The notes: generated from the sequence alone by a model not told the origin. DNA of 32,000 nucleotides from Candidatus Saganbacteria bacterium (GCA_026387835.1 JAPLKZ010000010.1:206379-238378), one strand, 5' to 3'; positions 1 to 9,546 are shown, numbered from the stretch's first letter. A program made the numbers and translations.

Positions 1-1
1 G

Positions 2-241
2 GAAACTATATTAAAGGGCGTCAGGGATTTTAAAGAATGGAGGGTCCTTGTGACAGCGGACCACCCCACCCCGATAGCTATCAAGACTCACGCAAGGGGA
101 ATGGTGCCTTTCGCCGTCTGCGGCACGGGCATCGAAAAAGGCGGGATAAAAAAGTTTTCTGAAAAAACCATCGAGAAGAGCAGGATAAAGATCGAAAAGG
201 GATACACGCTTCCGTCAAAGTTCTTTAAGGGGGTATTCTAA
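2..241 (+). CDS. apgM: Cofactor-independent phosphoglycerate mutase (archaeal ApgM-type metalloenzyme), C-terminal fragment; 5' end lies outside the window
   Basis: The reading frame is open from the window edge (frame 2). The C-terminal motif 'VTADHPTP..KTH....VPF' matches my recollection of the ApgM family C-terminus. The stop overlaps the next start (TAATG). Confidence 0.6.
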   Translation, partial: ETILKGVRDFKEWRVLVTADHPTPIAIKTHARGMVPFAVCGTGIEKGGIKKFSEKTIEKSRIKIEKGYTLPSKFFKGVF

Positions 242-1107
242 TGGATAAAATAAAGACCGTCGCGATAATCGGCATGGGCCTCATCGGCGGTTCGCTCGGG
301 ATGGCGATAAAAAACAAAGACCTCGCCGAGAAAGTCATCGGGGTAAGCCGCAACGCCGATCATCTGAAAGAAGCAAAAGCAAAAGAAGCGCTTGATGAAT
401 TCACTATCGACCCGATCGAAGCCTCCAGGGACGCAGACCTCGTATTTGTGACCACTCCGATCAGGACCATAGTCCCGATAGTGAAAACGATCTTTCCGGT
501 GGTAAAAAAAGGTTGCATAATAACCGATGTGGGATCTTCTAAACTTGAGATAGTCGGGGAACTTGAAAGTATTTCTCCGGAAGGGATATTTTTTATCGGA
601 GGCCATCCTATGGCGGGATCGGAACGCTCCGGGATCAAGGCCGCGACAAAGTTCCTTTTTGAAGGAACGAACTATTGCCTTACTCCGACCGGTAAAACAG
701 ACAAAGAAGCTTTAAAAAAACTGATCGCGTTCATAGAAAATTTCGATGTGAGGATATCGGTCATTCCGCCCGACCTGCATGACATCGCCGTGGCGGGGAT
801 CAGCCACATGCCGCTCGCTGTCGCGGCCAGCCTTGTCAACATGGTCTGCGACATGAAAGAAGCAAAGACCGAGATGCTGGCCCTTGCCTCTTCCGGGTTC
901 AGGGATACTACCCGCATTGCCGCCGGCAGTGTCGAGATGGGCCGCGACATGTTCACGACCAACAAAAAAGCCGTACTAAAAATGATCAAAGAATTCAAGG
1001 CTTCACTCGAAAAGATAGAGGCCGTCATCGAAGAAGGCGACGCCGAAAAGATCACCGCGGAGCTTGAAAAAGCAAAAAAACTAAGGACGGATATGTATGC
1101 AGCTTGA
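241..1107 (+). CDS. tyrA: Prephenate dehydrogenase
   Basis: N-terminal Rossmann motif 'VAIIGMGLIGGSLG' and a 'GGHPMAGSE' active-site region. The gene lies directly upstream of aroA and overlaps it. Confidence 0.85.
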   Translation: MDKIKTVAIIGMGLIGGSLGMAIKNKDLAEKVIGVSRNADHLKEAKAKEALDEFTIDPIEASRDADLVFVTTPIRTIVPIVKTIFPVVKKGCIITDVGSSKLEIVGELESISPEGIFFIGGHPMAGSERSGIKAATKFLFEGTNYCLTPTGKTDKEALKKLIAFIENFDVRISVIPPDLHDIAVAGISHMPLAVAASLVNMVCDMKEAKTEMLALASSGFRDTTRIAAGSVEMGRDMFTTNKKAVLKMIKEFKASLEKIEAVIEEGDAEKITAELEKAKKLRTDMYAA

Positions 1108-2389
1108 GATGTCGCCGGCAAAAAGTATCCGGGGAAAGATCTCTGTCCCGGCCGATAAATCCATTTCTCACCGTTCGATAATGCTGTCTGCTTTATCGGA
1201 CGGCAAATGCCTCATCGAAAATTTCCTGGAAGCGGAAGACTGTATGAGGACTGTCGAGTGTTTCAGGACAATGGGGATCGGGATCACCAAAGATAAGGAC
1301 CTAAATAACGCCTATATTGTGGACGGGAAAGGGATGTCGGGACTTTCCGTTCCGAAAGACATCCTTTACGCCGGAAATTCCGGAACTGCGATAAGGCTGA
1401 TCCTTGGCATACTCGCGGGACAGCCCTTCCAGGCGATGATAACAGGGGACGAATCGATCAAAAAAAGGCCGATGCTGCGCGTCGTGGAGCCGCTCAGAAA
1501 TATGGGGGCGCGCATCACGGGCAGAGAGAACGGCAACTTTGCCCCCCTCGAGATAAAGGGAGGGAACCTGAGATCTATAGATTATGTCCTTCCGGTCGCA
1601 AGCGCCCAGATAAAATCTTCTTTGATGCTCGCTTCCCTTTTTGCCGAGGGTGTGACAAGGATAACCGAACCGGCCGCTTCAAGGGACCATACCGAGAGGA
1701 TGTTCGGGCATTTCGGGATACCTTTCACAAAAAAAGAAAATACCATCCATATCGGTAAAGTCCAAAATATCAGGCCTGCTTCCGTGTGGATACCAGGGGA
1801 TATTTCTTCGGCCGCATTTTTTATCGTCGCCGCGCTTATCGTGCCCGGTTCGGAGGTCCTGATCAAAAATGTCGGGTTAAACCCCACAAGGACCGGTATC
1901 ATCGATGTCCTGCACCGCATGGGCGCAAAGATCGAGATCCAAAATGAAACGATATTATCGGGGGAGCCCCGCGGAGATATCATCGCAAGATCAAGCGATC
2001 TGGAAGCCGTTGACCTGTCAGGGAATATTATCCCGCGGATAATCGATGAGATACCGGTGATCGCGGTCGCTGCCGCGTTCGCCGAAGGGGTCACAACTAT
2101 AAGCGATGCAAGAGAGCTCAGGGTAAAAGAAAGCCACAGGATAGCGGCCTTATCAGGGGAACTAAAAAAGCTCGGCATCAAGGTCGAGGAAAAAGAAGAC
2201 GGCCTCATCATCCAAGGTAAAAATAAAATAAAAGGGGCGCTCTGCTACAGCCATGGTGATCACAGGATCGCGATGTCGCTCGCTATTGCCGCTCTTGCAG
2301 CGGAAGACGATGTTGTCATCGAAGACACGGATTGCATCGCCACTTCTTTCCCGGGATTTGAAAAACTGCTAAAGGGGCTGTCAGGCTGA
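1097..2389 (+). CDS. aroA: 3-phosphoshikimate 1-carboxyvinyltransferase (EPSP synthase)
   Basis: Motifs 'PADKSISHRS', 'AGNSGTAIRL' and 'RVKESHRI', with a length near 430 aa. An alternative start at M5 (1109) is possible. Confidence 0.93.
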   Translation: MQLEMSPAKSIRGKISVPADKSISHRSIMLSALSDGKCLIENFLEAEDCMRTVECFRTMGIGITKDKDLNNAYIVDGKGMSGLSVPKDILYAGNSGTAIRLILGILAGQPFQAMITGDESIKKRPMLRVVEPLRNMGARITGRENGNFAPLEIKGGNLRSIDYVLPVASAQIKSSLMLASLFAEGVTRITEPAASRDHTERMFGHFGIPFTKKENTIHIGKVQNIRPASVWIPGDISSAAFFIVAALIVPGSEVLIKNVGLNPTRTGIIDVLHRMGAKIEIQNETILSGEPRGDIIARSSDLEAVDLSGNIIPRIIDEIPVIAVAAAFAEGVTTISDARELRVKESHRIAALSGELKKLGIKVEEKEDGLIIQGKNKIKGALCYSHGDHRIAMSLAIAALAAEDDVVIEDTDCIATSFPGFEKLLKGLSG

Positions 2390-3790
2390 TCAGGATTGCG
2401 GGAACGTAAACACCAATTTGTTCGCATGATTGTCCCACGGCATAGGCGTGAACAAAGCTGGTATTCTTACCCTTCCCCTGTCGTCTATTTTGCCGTTGAA
2501 TACCGGCGAAAAATGTTGTTTCTTGTTGTCTCCCATAAAATAGTATTTTCTTTCAGTTTTTGTACCATCTATTTTTAGGGTTATTACAATCGTTCTTACA
2601 TCTGAATCCGGGAAAGTCCCTATTTCAGCGCGTAGAACACACTTTTTATTTTTTTCGAGCCTGAGAAATGTTATCGGGCAGGTCAGGGTCTTCCCCTTTT
2701 GCCAGGGATTGGGTATGACCAGTTCTATGCTCCTCGCCGGCCCCATCATCTCTGTTTCTATGGGGTTAAAGACTATCTTATGCCGAGTACCAGTATCTCC
2801 GGCAGCGGTCATGTAGTCACTGACAAATTTTGCCAGCCTGCTGAGAAATGGCTGTATCTGTCTTTTCATGTTTTTGCGGTTGTTCAGATCAAACTGTCTT
2901 TTTTCCTCGTCGCCGTAGTCATATCTTGAAAAACAGGAGCGCTCAGACGCATCAAATGCAAATACTCCAAGTGTATTTTCTTGCGTATCGACAGCCGTAA
3001 AATATTGTCCTACAAGATTGTCGGGCCGTGGGATCACAAAACATATATTGCCTGCTGCGACATTCAGGCCGGCAAGAGCGGCTGTCCTTTCAGGGTCTGC
3101 GATCCGTACAAGCTCAAGGTCGGTAAAAGGGCCAAGCTTATAAAACGCGGGAAAACCGTATTGAAGCTCGCTCAACTTCATATACGCAATTGCTTTCAGG
3201 TAATCCAGATAGTCGGAAAATCTTTGCGGCTCATCCGACAGAGTCTCGGTATTTAATTGGAATGCGCCCTCTTTCTGAATAAAATTTCTAATGACGGAAT
3301 TCCAGTCAATTATTTCTTGTCTTATCATTTCTGCATACAAGCGGACCCCCACGGTACCCAGAGTAATAAAATGTTCAGGAAGTATGGCCCCTGGAAGAAG
3401 CAAGCCCCACCCCTGACCTGTCATGCCTGTTGTTACGAACCTCCTGAACAGATTTTTCATTGCACCGGATTCCACTACCGTATTATATTTATATATCTTG
3501 TCCGGCCAGCCTGACCTGTGGACCGTCCCGCTCAACAGATGGACGAGGTCCGTATGATCTATTTGGATATCCTTTCCCTTAAAAGCCGTCTGAAGATTGC
3601 TCCATCTGATGATCTCGTTAAGGCCATGCTCGACGATCAAAGGAGTGCTGTCATTAACAGGAACACCACTTCGCCCCATTCTTTTGCAAATATCCCCAGA
3701 AATAGTCCGCGCATCCATATCGGTAGTATTGAATGACAACAGCCTTGGAAATGCCTTCCTGAAGATTTTTTGTGAAATCCTACCTGTCAT
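2390..3790 (-). CDS. Hypothetical protein, 466 aa, no family recognised; C-terminus carries an MraZ/AbrB-like 'DDRGRVRIPALF' motif
   Basis: A long uninterrupted ORF with GGAG 6 nt upstream of the ATG at 3790. It is the only minus-strand gene in an 11-kb plus-strand block. It has no signal peptide or TM segment. Confidence 0.7.
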   Translation of the reverse strand: MTGRISQKIFRKAFPRLLSFNTTDMDARTISGDICKRMGRSGVPVNDSTPLIVEHGLNEIIRWSNLQTAFKGKDIQIDHTDLVHLLSGTVHRSGWPDKIYKYNTVVESGAMKNLFRRFVTTGMTGQGWGLLLPGAILPEHFITLGTVGVRLYAEMIRQEIIDWNSVIRNFIQKEGAFQLNTETLSDEPQRFSDYLDYLKAIAYMKLSELQYGFPAFYKLGPFTDLELVRIADPERTAALAGLNVAAGNICFVIPRPDNLVGQYFTAVDTQENTLGVFAFDASERSCFSRYDYGDEEKRQFDLNNRKNMKRQIQPFLSRLAKFVSDYMTAAGDTGTRHKIVFNPIETEMMGPARSIELVIPNPWQKGKTLTCPITFLRLEKNKKCVLRAEIGTFPDSDVRTIVITLKIDGTKTERKYYFMGDNKKQHFSPVFNGKIDDRGRVRIPALFTPMPWDNHANKLVFTFPQS

Positions 3791-3914
3791 CTGTTACTCC
3801 AGTATTTTACCTGATTTAAATTATGTAAATAATTTATTCTGAATATATATCGTTAGATTCTTGCCCCGATTTCAGTTTGGCCCTGGCTACATGATAGAAT
3901 TATTAGTAATATAT

Positions 3915-5654
3915 ATGGCCAATAAGATATGTATCCTTGATGAAATACTTGCTTCAAAGATAGCCGCCGGGGAAGTGGTGGAGCGGCCGGCTTCCGTTGT
4001 GAAAGAACTCGTTGAAAACTCGATAGACGCAGGGGCCAAAAGAATAGACATCGAGGTCCACAACGGCGGGAAAAGCCTCATCAGGGTGACCGATGACGGC
4101 TCCGGTATGAACAAAGAGGATGCTTTGCTTTCGCTGGAGCGCCACGCAACATCAAAGATAAGCAGTATCGACGACCTCTTTAATATTTCGACCCTCGGCT
4201 TTCGCGGGGAAGCCCTTCCTTCTGTCAGCGCCATCTCAAGGCTGGAACTGCTGACAAATGACGGGACTTCCGGAACAAAAATCTCTGTTGAAGGCGGGAA
4301 GATGATAGAGAAAAAAGAAACCGGTTGTCCGAAAGGAACTTCAATAATTGTAAAAGATCTGTTCTTCAACACTCCGGCAAGAATGAAATATATGAGATCC
4401 GATCAGACCGAACAAAATCATATAACCGATATTGTTTCGAAATTCGTCATGTCCAGCCCGTCGATCGCATTTAAACTTATATCGAACGGTAAAGAGATCA
4501 TCTCTTCTTCAGGCAACGGAGACCTTCTTGATGCGATATCGAGCGTATACGGCCCGGCCTTTGCAAAGGATCTTCTGGCTTTGGGCCGTGAGGACATAAC
4601 GGGTTACATCAGCAAGCCTGCCGTGACAAAATTCAACAAAGAATACCAGCTGTTCTTTGTGAACGGCAGATATATTAAAAACTATCTCATATCAAAAGCC
4701 GTCGAGAACGCGTACAGCAATTTGATACCAAAAGACCGGCATCCCGTGGCAATACTGTTCATCAGGATCGACCCGGATGAAATCGATGTCAATGTCCATC
4801 CGGCAAAAAAAGAAATAAAATTTGAAAAGACAAAAGATGTGATGGGAAGTGTCTTTGAAGCCGTGAAGGATGCTTTGATAGATATTTCTCCCGCAAAACT
4901 TATCTCAACACCTTATATCCCTGATAAAAAAAGATGGACATCTGAGATGCAGAGGGTATGGATCGAAGAGCCGATAATGATCTCCGGCGGCGGAACAGTA
5001 TTAAGCCCGACTCTAAGCAGGCCCGGAAATCTGATCGATGCTGATCTGTTGTCAGAAAATGCCGTCGAGTCCCAAGATCAGGTTCCCTATCCCATCGCGC
5101 AGCTCGCCAATACCTATATAATCTGCGTTGACGGAAGCGACCTGATCCTCATTGACCAGCATGCCGCGCATGAGCGGATATTATATGAAAAGCTGAGGTC
5201 TTCAAAAAGCGACGGGAAAAACTCCCAGGTCTGCCTGATACCCGAAGTGATCGAACTTGGAATAAAAGAGTTCTCCCTTATCGAGGGTAGTATCAACATC
5301 TTAAAAGAGATCGGATTTGACATAGAGGTCTTCGGCAAGAATTGTTTAAGGATAAAAGGTATTCCGTCGGACACTACCGGAATAAATATAAAAGGGGCCG
5401 TCTCTGACATTGCCCTGCAGCTTGAGGAAGACGGAAAGACAAAAAAGACGGAAGAAGTAAAAGATAAGATACTTAAACTTGTCGCATGCCATGGCGCCAT
5501 TAAGGCGGGAGACCCGCTGGAGCGGAAAGAAATGCAGGCGCTTATCAAAGACCTTTATTCCACGACAAATCCTTCCACCTGTCCCCACGGAAGACCGAGT
5601 ATCGTAAAGATCGAAAGGACAAAGATCGCCTCTTTCTTTGACAGGAACAAATGA
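3915..5654 (+). CDS. mutL: DNA mismatch repair protein MutL
   Basis: GHKL ATPase N-terminus 'IAAGEVVERPASVVKELVENSIDAG' and 'DDGSGM'. The C-terminal endonuclease-type motifs 'DQHAAHERILYE' and 'CPHGRP' are present. The start was moved to the ATG at 3915; the track's TTG at 3861 only adds a non-homologous extension. Confidence 0.93.
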   Translation: MANKICILDEILASKIAAGEVVERPASVVKELVENSIDAGAKRIDIEVHNGGKSLIRVTDDGSGMNKEDALLSLERHATSKISSIDDLFNISTLGFRGEALPSVSAISRLELLTNDGTSGTKISVEGGKMIEKKETGCPKGTSIIVKDLFFNTPARMKYMRSDQTEQNHITDIVSKFVMSSPSIAFKLISNGKEIISSSGNGDLLDAISSVYGPAFAKDLLALGREDITGYISKPAVTKFNKEYQLFFVNGRYIKNYLISKAVENAYSNLIPKDRHPVAILFIRIDPDEIDVNVHPAKKEIKFEKTKDVMGSVFEAVKDALIDISPAKLISTPYIPDKKRWTSEMQRVWIEEPIMISGGGTVLSPTLSRPGNLIDADLLSENAVESQDQVPYPIAQLANTYIICVDGSDLILIDQHAAHERILYEKLRSSKSDGKNSQVCLIPEVIELGIKEFSLIEGSINILKEIGFDIEVFGKNCLRIKGIPSDTTGINIKGAVSDIALQLEEDGKTKKTEEVKDKILKLVACHGAIKAGDPLERKEMQALIKDLYSTTNPSTCPHGRPSIVKIERTKIASFFDRNK

Positions 5655-6274
5655 TCAGACAGCTGTATGTGAACATCTCCGCGCGGCTTATACATTTTGT
5701 CATGAGGGCCGTGAACAGGACCTTGAAAGTAAAGATCTGCGGCCTTGAGAACATCAAGGATAATGCCCTGTATGCGGTCTGGCACCAAAGCACTTTTGTG
5801 ATGTTCGATGCGAACCCCTTTAAGAACATGGTCGTCCTCACCGCAAAAGGGTCGCGCGGGGATATTTTTACAAAAGCTGTCGAGCCGTACGGCAACAAAA
5901 TAGTGCGCGTCCCCTATGATGAGAACAAAAAAGAATCCGCGGTCGCAACTGTCCAGCTTTTAAACTGCCTTGAGGAAGGCTGTAATATCGTCATCGCCGT
6001 TGACGGGCCCAAAGGCCCTTTGTTCGAGGTAAAGCCCGGGATATTTTTCCTCTCTCAAAGATCGAATAAGAAAATCATCCCCGTCGGATTTGCCGCGTCA
6101 CAAAAGATCACCGCGCGCCTGCGCTGGGATAAATATATTATCCCTCTCCCGTACGGCAAAGCAGTGATCTATCTGGACGATTCTTATGTGAATGACAAAG
6201 ACCCCGAAAGCCTTAAAAAGGCTATGTTTGCCGCGCAAAAAAAAGCTGAGGAGATCCTGCGGAATTTGACATGA
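5651..6274 (+). CDS. DUF374-type lysophospholipid acyltransferase family protein
   Basis: The pattern 'WHQ..F', 'SRGDI', 'AVDGPKGP', 'KPG', 'WDK..IP.P' is typical of DUF374/LPLAT proteins. ATGA overlap with the mutL stop. Confidence 0.75.
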   Translation: MIRQLYVNISARLIHFVMRAVNRTLKVKICGLENIKDNALYAVWHQSTFVMFDANPFKNMVVLTAKGSRGDIFTKAVEPYGNKIVRVPYDENKKESAVATVQLLNCLEEGCNIVIAVDGPKGPLFEVKPGIFFLSQRSNKKIIPVGFAASQKITARLRWDKYIIPLPYGKAVIYLDDSYVNDKDPESLKKAMFAAQKKAEEILRNLT

Positions 6275-6325
6275 CCTCATATTTCTTGTTATAGTCAAAA
6301 ATTGTTATGTGCTAAGGAGATTTAA

Positions 6326-8533
6326 TTGGACAAAACACTTGTAATAGTCGAGTCACCTGCAAAGGCAAAAACACTCGAGAAGTTCCTCGGGACAGGATAC
6401 AGCGTTAGGGCAAGCGGCGGCCACGTGAGGGACCTGCCGGTAAAATCGCTCGGAGTCGATATTGAAAAAGACTTCCAGCCGGATTATGTCACTATCAAGG
6501 GAAAAGAAAAGATCATAAAAGAACTGAAGTCCGCCGCTTCTTCTGCCAAAATGGTCCTTCTGGCTCCCGACCCTGACCGTGAAGGTGAAGCCATCGCCTG
6601 GCACCTTTCATATCTTATCGACGGAAAAACAAAGATCAAAAGGATAGAGTTCCACGAGATAACAAAAGACGCCGTGCAGAACGCCGTAAAGCACCCGAGA
6701 CTCATCGACATGGACCGCGTGAACGCCCAGCAGGCCAGGCGTATTTTAGACAGGCTTGTGGGATACAAGCTCAGCCCGCTTCTTTGGAAAAAAGTCCAGA
6801 AAGGCCTGAGCGCCGGGCGCGTGCAGTCCGTGGCAGTCCGCCTTATATGCGAAAGGGAAAGCCTGGTCATGCGCTTTGTCCCGGAAGAATTCTGGAAGGT
6901 CACTGCCGAGCTTTCCAAAAAGACAAAAGAGACTTTCAGCTCTCTGCTTAATTCAAAGGCCGGATCTCCGCTGACCGTGAAGAACAAGGACCAGGCCGAT
7001 GCCGTGCTCGCTTCCCTGAACGGAGCAAGCTTCAAAGTCAAAGAAGTCAGGAAAAAAGAACAGAACAAAAATCCCTACGCGCCGTTCATAACAAGTTCGC
7101 TCCAGCAGGACGCAAGCAGGAAGTTCGGTTACCCGGCAAAAAGGACGATGAGCGTCGCGCAGAGGCTTTATGAAGGCATAGATCTCAAGGACGAAGGCCA
7201 CACGGGTCTTATTACCTATATGAGGACGGATTCGACAAGAATTTCCGATGTCGCGATCGCCGAGGTGCGTAAATATATCACCGATACTTTCGGCCAAAAA
7301 TATCTGCCGGGATCTCCAAAAATATACAAGTCCAAAAAACGGATGCAGGACGCCCATGAAGCGATCCGCCCCACGTCGGTAAAAATGACGCCCGAAAAAG
7401 TAAAAGCGGCGCTGACACCGGAGCAATTCAAGCTTTACGAGCTGATCTGGAAGCGGTTCGTTGCATCCCAAATGGAAAGCGCCCTGATGGACATGACCTC
7501 CGTTGATATCGAAGCAAAAGATTATATCTTCAGGTCAACGGGAAGCGTGATGAAATTTGACGGGTTCATGGTGCTGTACGAAGAATCAAAGGACGAAGTG
7601 GAAGAAAAAGAAGGAACACTTCCGCAGCTTTCGCAGGGAGAGGCGCTTGACCTGGTAAAGCTCAGCCCGACGCAGCATTTCACCCAGCCGCCGCCGCGCT
7701 ATACGGAGGCATCGCTTGTAAAAGAACTTGAGGAAAAAGGGATCGGCCGGCCGAGCACGTACGCCCCTATTATTTCGACGATAATCGACCGCGGTTATGT
7801 TATCAGGGACGGGAGAACTTTAAAGCCCACCGAGCTAGGAATAATCACGAACGGCCTGCTTGTAAAACATTTTCCCGTCATACTGGACCTGAAGTTCACG
7901 GCCAAGATGGAGGACGAGCTGGACGATATCGCGGAAGGAAAGATGAAGCTCCTGGACACTCTCGAGGAATTTTACAGCCCTTTCAAGACTTCGCTTGAAA
8001 AAGCCGAAAAAGAAATGACAAAGGTAAAGCTTGAAGAAAAGACCGACGAGGTCTGCGAAAAATGCGGAAAACCGATGGTGGTGAGGCAAAGCCGTTTCGG
8101 GGCTTTTCTGGCCTGCACGGGTTTTCCTAAATGTAAAAGCACGAAAGACCTTCCCAAAAAGGGTGAAGCGCCGATTGACACTGATGAAAAGTGCCCGAAA
8201 TGCGGATCCCCCATGGAGGTAAAAAGAAGCAGGTTCGGCACGTTCCTTGCCTGCACAAAATATCCAAAATGCAAGACAACCGTTTCCATCCAGAAAAAGA
8301 CCGGCGTCACTTGCCCCGAAAAGGACTGCGGCGGCGAGATAGTGGAGCGCCGCTCCAAAAAGGGAAGGACATTTTTTTCCTGCAATAATTATCCAAAATG
8401 CAGGTTCGCCGTATGGAACAAACCCCTAAAAGAGAACTGCCCTACTTGCGGTGCTTTCCTTGTTGAAAAACGCCTGAAAGGCGGGACCACTCATGAATGC
8501 TCCAAGAAATGCGGCTATTCAATAGAAGTCTGA
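6326..8533 (+). CDS. topA: DNA topoisomerase I
   Basis: Toprim N-terminus 'LVIVESPAKAKT' and the active-site region 'ITYMRTDS'. Four C-terminal CxxC...CxxC zinc ribbons. TTG start with AAGGAG 6 nt upstream. Confidence 0.96.
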   Translation: MDKTLVIVESPAKAKTLEKFLGTGYSVRASGGHVRDLPVKSLGVDIEKDFQPDYVTIKGKEKIIKELKSAASSAKMVLLAPDPDREGEAIAWHLSYLIDGKTKIKRIEFHEITKDAVQNAVKHPRLIDMDRVNAQQARRILDRLVGYKLSPLLWKKVQKGLSAGRVQSVAVRLICERESLVMRFVPEEFWKVTAELSKKTKETFSSLLNSKAGSPLTVKNKDQADAVLASLNGASFKVKEVRKKEQNKNPYAPFITSSLQQDASRKFGYPAKRTMSVAQRLYEGIDLKDEGHTGLITYMRTDSTRISDVAIAEVRKYITDTFGQKYLPGSPKIYKSKKRMQDAHEAIRPTSVKMTPEKVKAALTPEQFKLYELIWKRFVASQMESALMDMTSVDIEAKDYIFRSTGSVMKFDGFMVLYEESKDEVEEKEGTLPQLSQGEALDLVKLSPTQHFTQPPPRYTEASLVKELEEKGIGRPSTYAPIISTIIDRGYVIRDGRTLKPTELGIITNGLLVKHFPVILDLKFTAKMEDELDDIAEGKMKLLDTLEEFYSPFKTSLEKAEKEMTKVKLEEKTDEVCEKCGKPMVVRQSRFGAFLACTGFPKCKSTKDLPKKGEAPIDTDEKCPKCGSPMEVKRSRFGTFLACTKYPKCKTTVSIQKKTGVTCPEKDCGGEIVERRSKKGRTFFSCNNYPKCRFAVWNKPLKENCPTCGAFLVEKRLKGGTTHECSKKCGYSIEV

Positions 8534-8534
8534 G

Positions 8535-9377
8535 ATGAAAACTATAAAAAGACCCCACGAGATGAAGCGCATTACAAGATCGTTGAGGGAAAAAGACACG
8601 AAGGTAGGTTTTGTCCCCACGATGGGCGCACTTCATGAAGGCCATCTTCAGCTTGTCAGGAAAGCCAAAAAACACAGCGACGTTGTCATTGTAAGCATAT
8701 TTGTGAACCCCACCCAGTTCGGCCCGAAAGAAGACTACAAAAGATATCCGCGTGATCTAAAAAGGGATATATCTTTACTGCTGAATGAAAAAGTTGATAT
8801 GCTTTTTGTCCCGGATGTCAGCGATATGTATCCGCAAGGACATAAATCATCCGTCAAAGTCGGGGAACTCGGGAATAAACTCTGCGGCAAGTCGCGTCCC
8901 GGCCATTTCAACGGTGTTGCAACGATCGTTAAGAAATTCTTGAATATAATAAACCCCCATAAGCTTTTTCTCGGGGCCAAGGACTTCCAGCAGCAGGTGA
9001 TAATCAGGAAAATGATAAAAGACCTTGATCTCGGGGTCGATGTGGTGACGGTCCCGACTGTAAGGGAAAAAGACGGACTGGCAAAAAGCTCGAGGAACAG
9101 ATATCTTTCGGCAAAAGAACGGCATTCAGCGGCCGCGCTTTCAAGGTCTTTGACCCTGGCAAAAAGTCTAGTTAAAAAGGGTCAAAGAGACCCCAATAAA
9201 ATAATTTCCGATATGAAAGCCTTGATACTCAAAGAATCCTGCACAAGGATCGACTATATATCGATATGCGATCCGGATACTTTGGAAAAACAGAACATTG
9301 TCAAGCGCCCTGCCCTTATTGCTCTCGCAGTATTCGTCGGCAAGACAAGGCTGATCGACAATCTCCTGATAAAATAG
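8535..9377 (+). CDS. panC: Pantoate--beta-alanine ligase
   Basis: Motifs 'GFVPTMGALHEGHL', 'VSIFVNPTQF' and 'RPGHFNGVATIV'. Confidence 0.94.
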   Translation: MKTIKRPHEMKRITRSLREKDTKVGFVPTMGALHEGHLQLVRKAKKHSDVVIVSIFVNPTQFGPKEDYKRYPRDLKRDISLLLNEKVDMLFVPDVSDMYPQGHKSSVKVGELGNKLCGKSRPGHFNGVATIVKKFLNIINPHKLFLGAKDFQQQVIIRKMIKDLDLGVDVVTVPTVREKDGLAKSSRNRYLSAKERHSAAALSRSLTLAKSLVKKGQRDPNKIISDMKALILKESCTRIDYISICDPDTLEKQNIVKRPALIALAVFVGKTRLIDNLLIK

Positions 9378-9408
9378 CTGCTTGATACCTGCACCGGATG
9401 AAGTCGTA

Positions 9409-9517
9409 GTGTTGGAAATTTCCACACCTCACCCCGCCCTCGCAAGCTCGGGCACCCCTCTCCATCGAAGATGGAGAGGGGAAAGCGACCCGCCGAAGGC
9501 GGGGAGCAGGGGTGAGG
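9409..9517. repeat. GC-rich multi-hairpin palindromic element (REP-like or candidate structured RNA), preceded by an AT-core palindrome
   Basis: 10-bp perfect palindrome GGAAATTTCC (9414-9423). Outer stem CCTCACCCC (9427-9435) pairs with GGGGTGAGG (9509-9517). An 11-bp perfect hairpin spans 9455-9465/9471-9481 with loop CGAAG. A 6-bp hairpin spans 9489-9494/9499-9504 with loop GAAG. A 4-bp stem spans 9436-9439/9450-9453. Confidence 0.6.
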
Positions 9518-9546
9518 ATGGCGGCCAAATTGCTCGTCCCCCCTTG

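Noticed and set aside
2387-2392. The palindrome TGATCA (extendable to CTGATCAG) formed by the abutting aroA and ORFan stop codons.
   Set aside because: It is most simply a by-product of two convergent TGA stops placed back to back. There is no further stem or repeat structure around it.
3861-3914. Upstream extensions of several genes: the TTG-initiated extension of mutL, the 20485-20556 extension of secD, the 20530-20583 extension of the isomerase, and the 14128-14178 extension of the ABC ATPase.
   Set aside because: Homology begins at the internal ATGs. The internal starts have better context: AGGAGG for the isomerase, a stop/start overlap for the ATPase, and an immediate TM helix for SecD.
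9382-9546. The 55-codon N-terminal extension of the first pseudopilin ORF, plus the antisense ORFs 9316-9528 and 9429-9662.
   Set aside because: These are translations of the GC-rich palindromic element, giving low-complexity Pro/Gly/Arg peptide. The prepilin signal requires the start at 9547 (MKRG|FTLIE).
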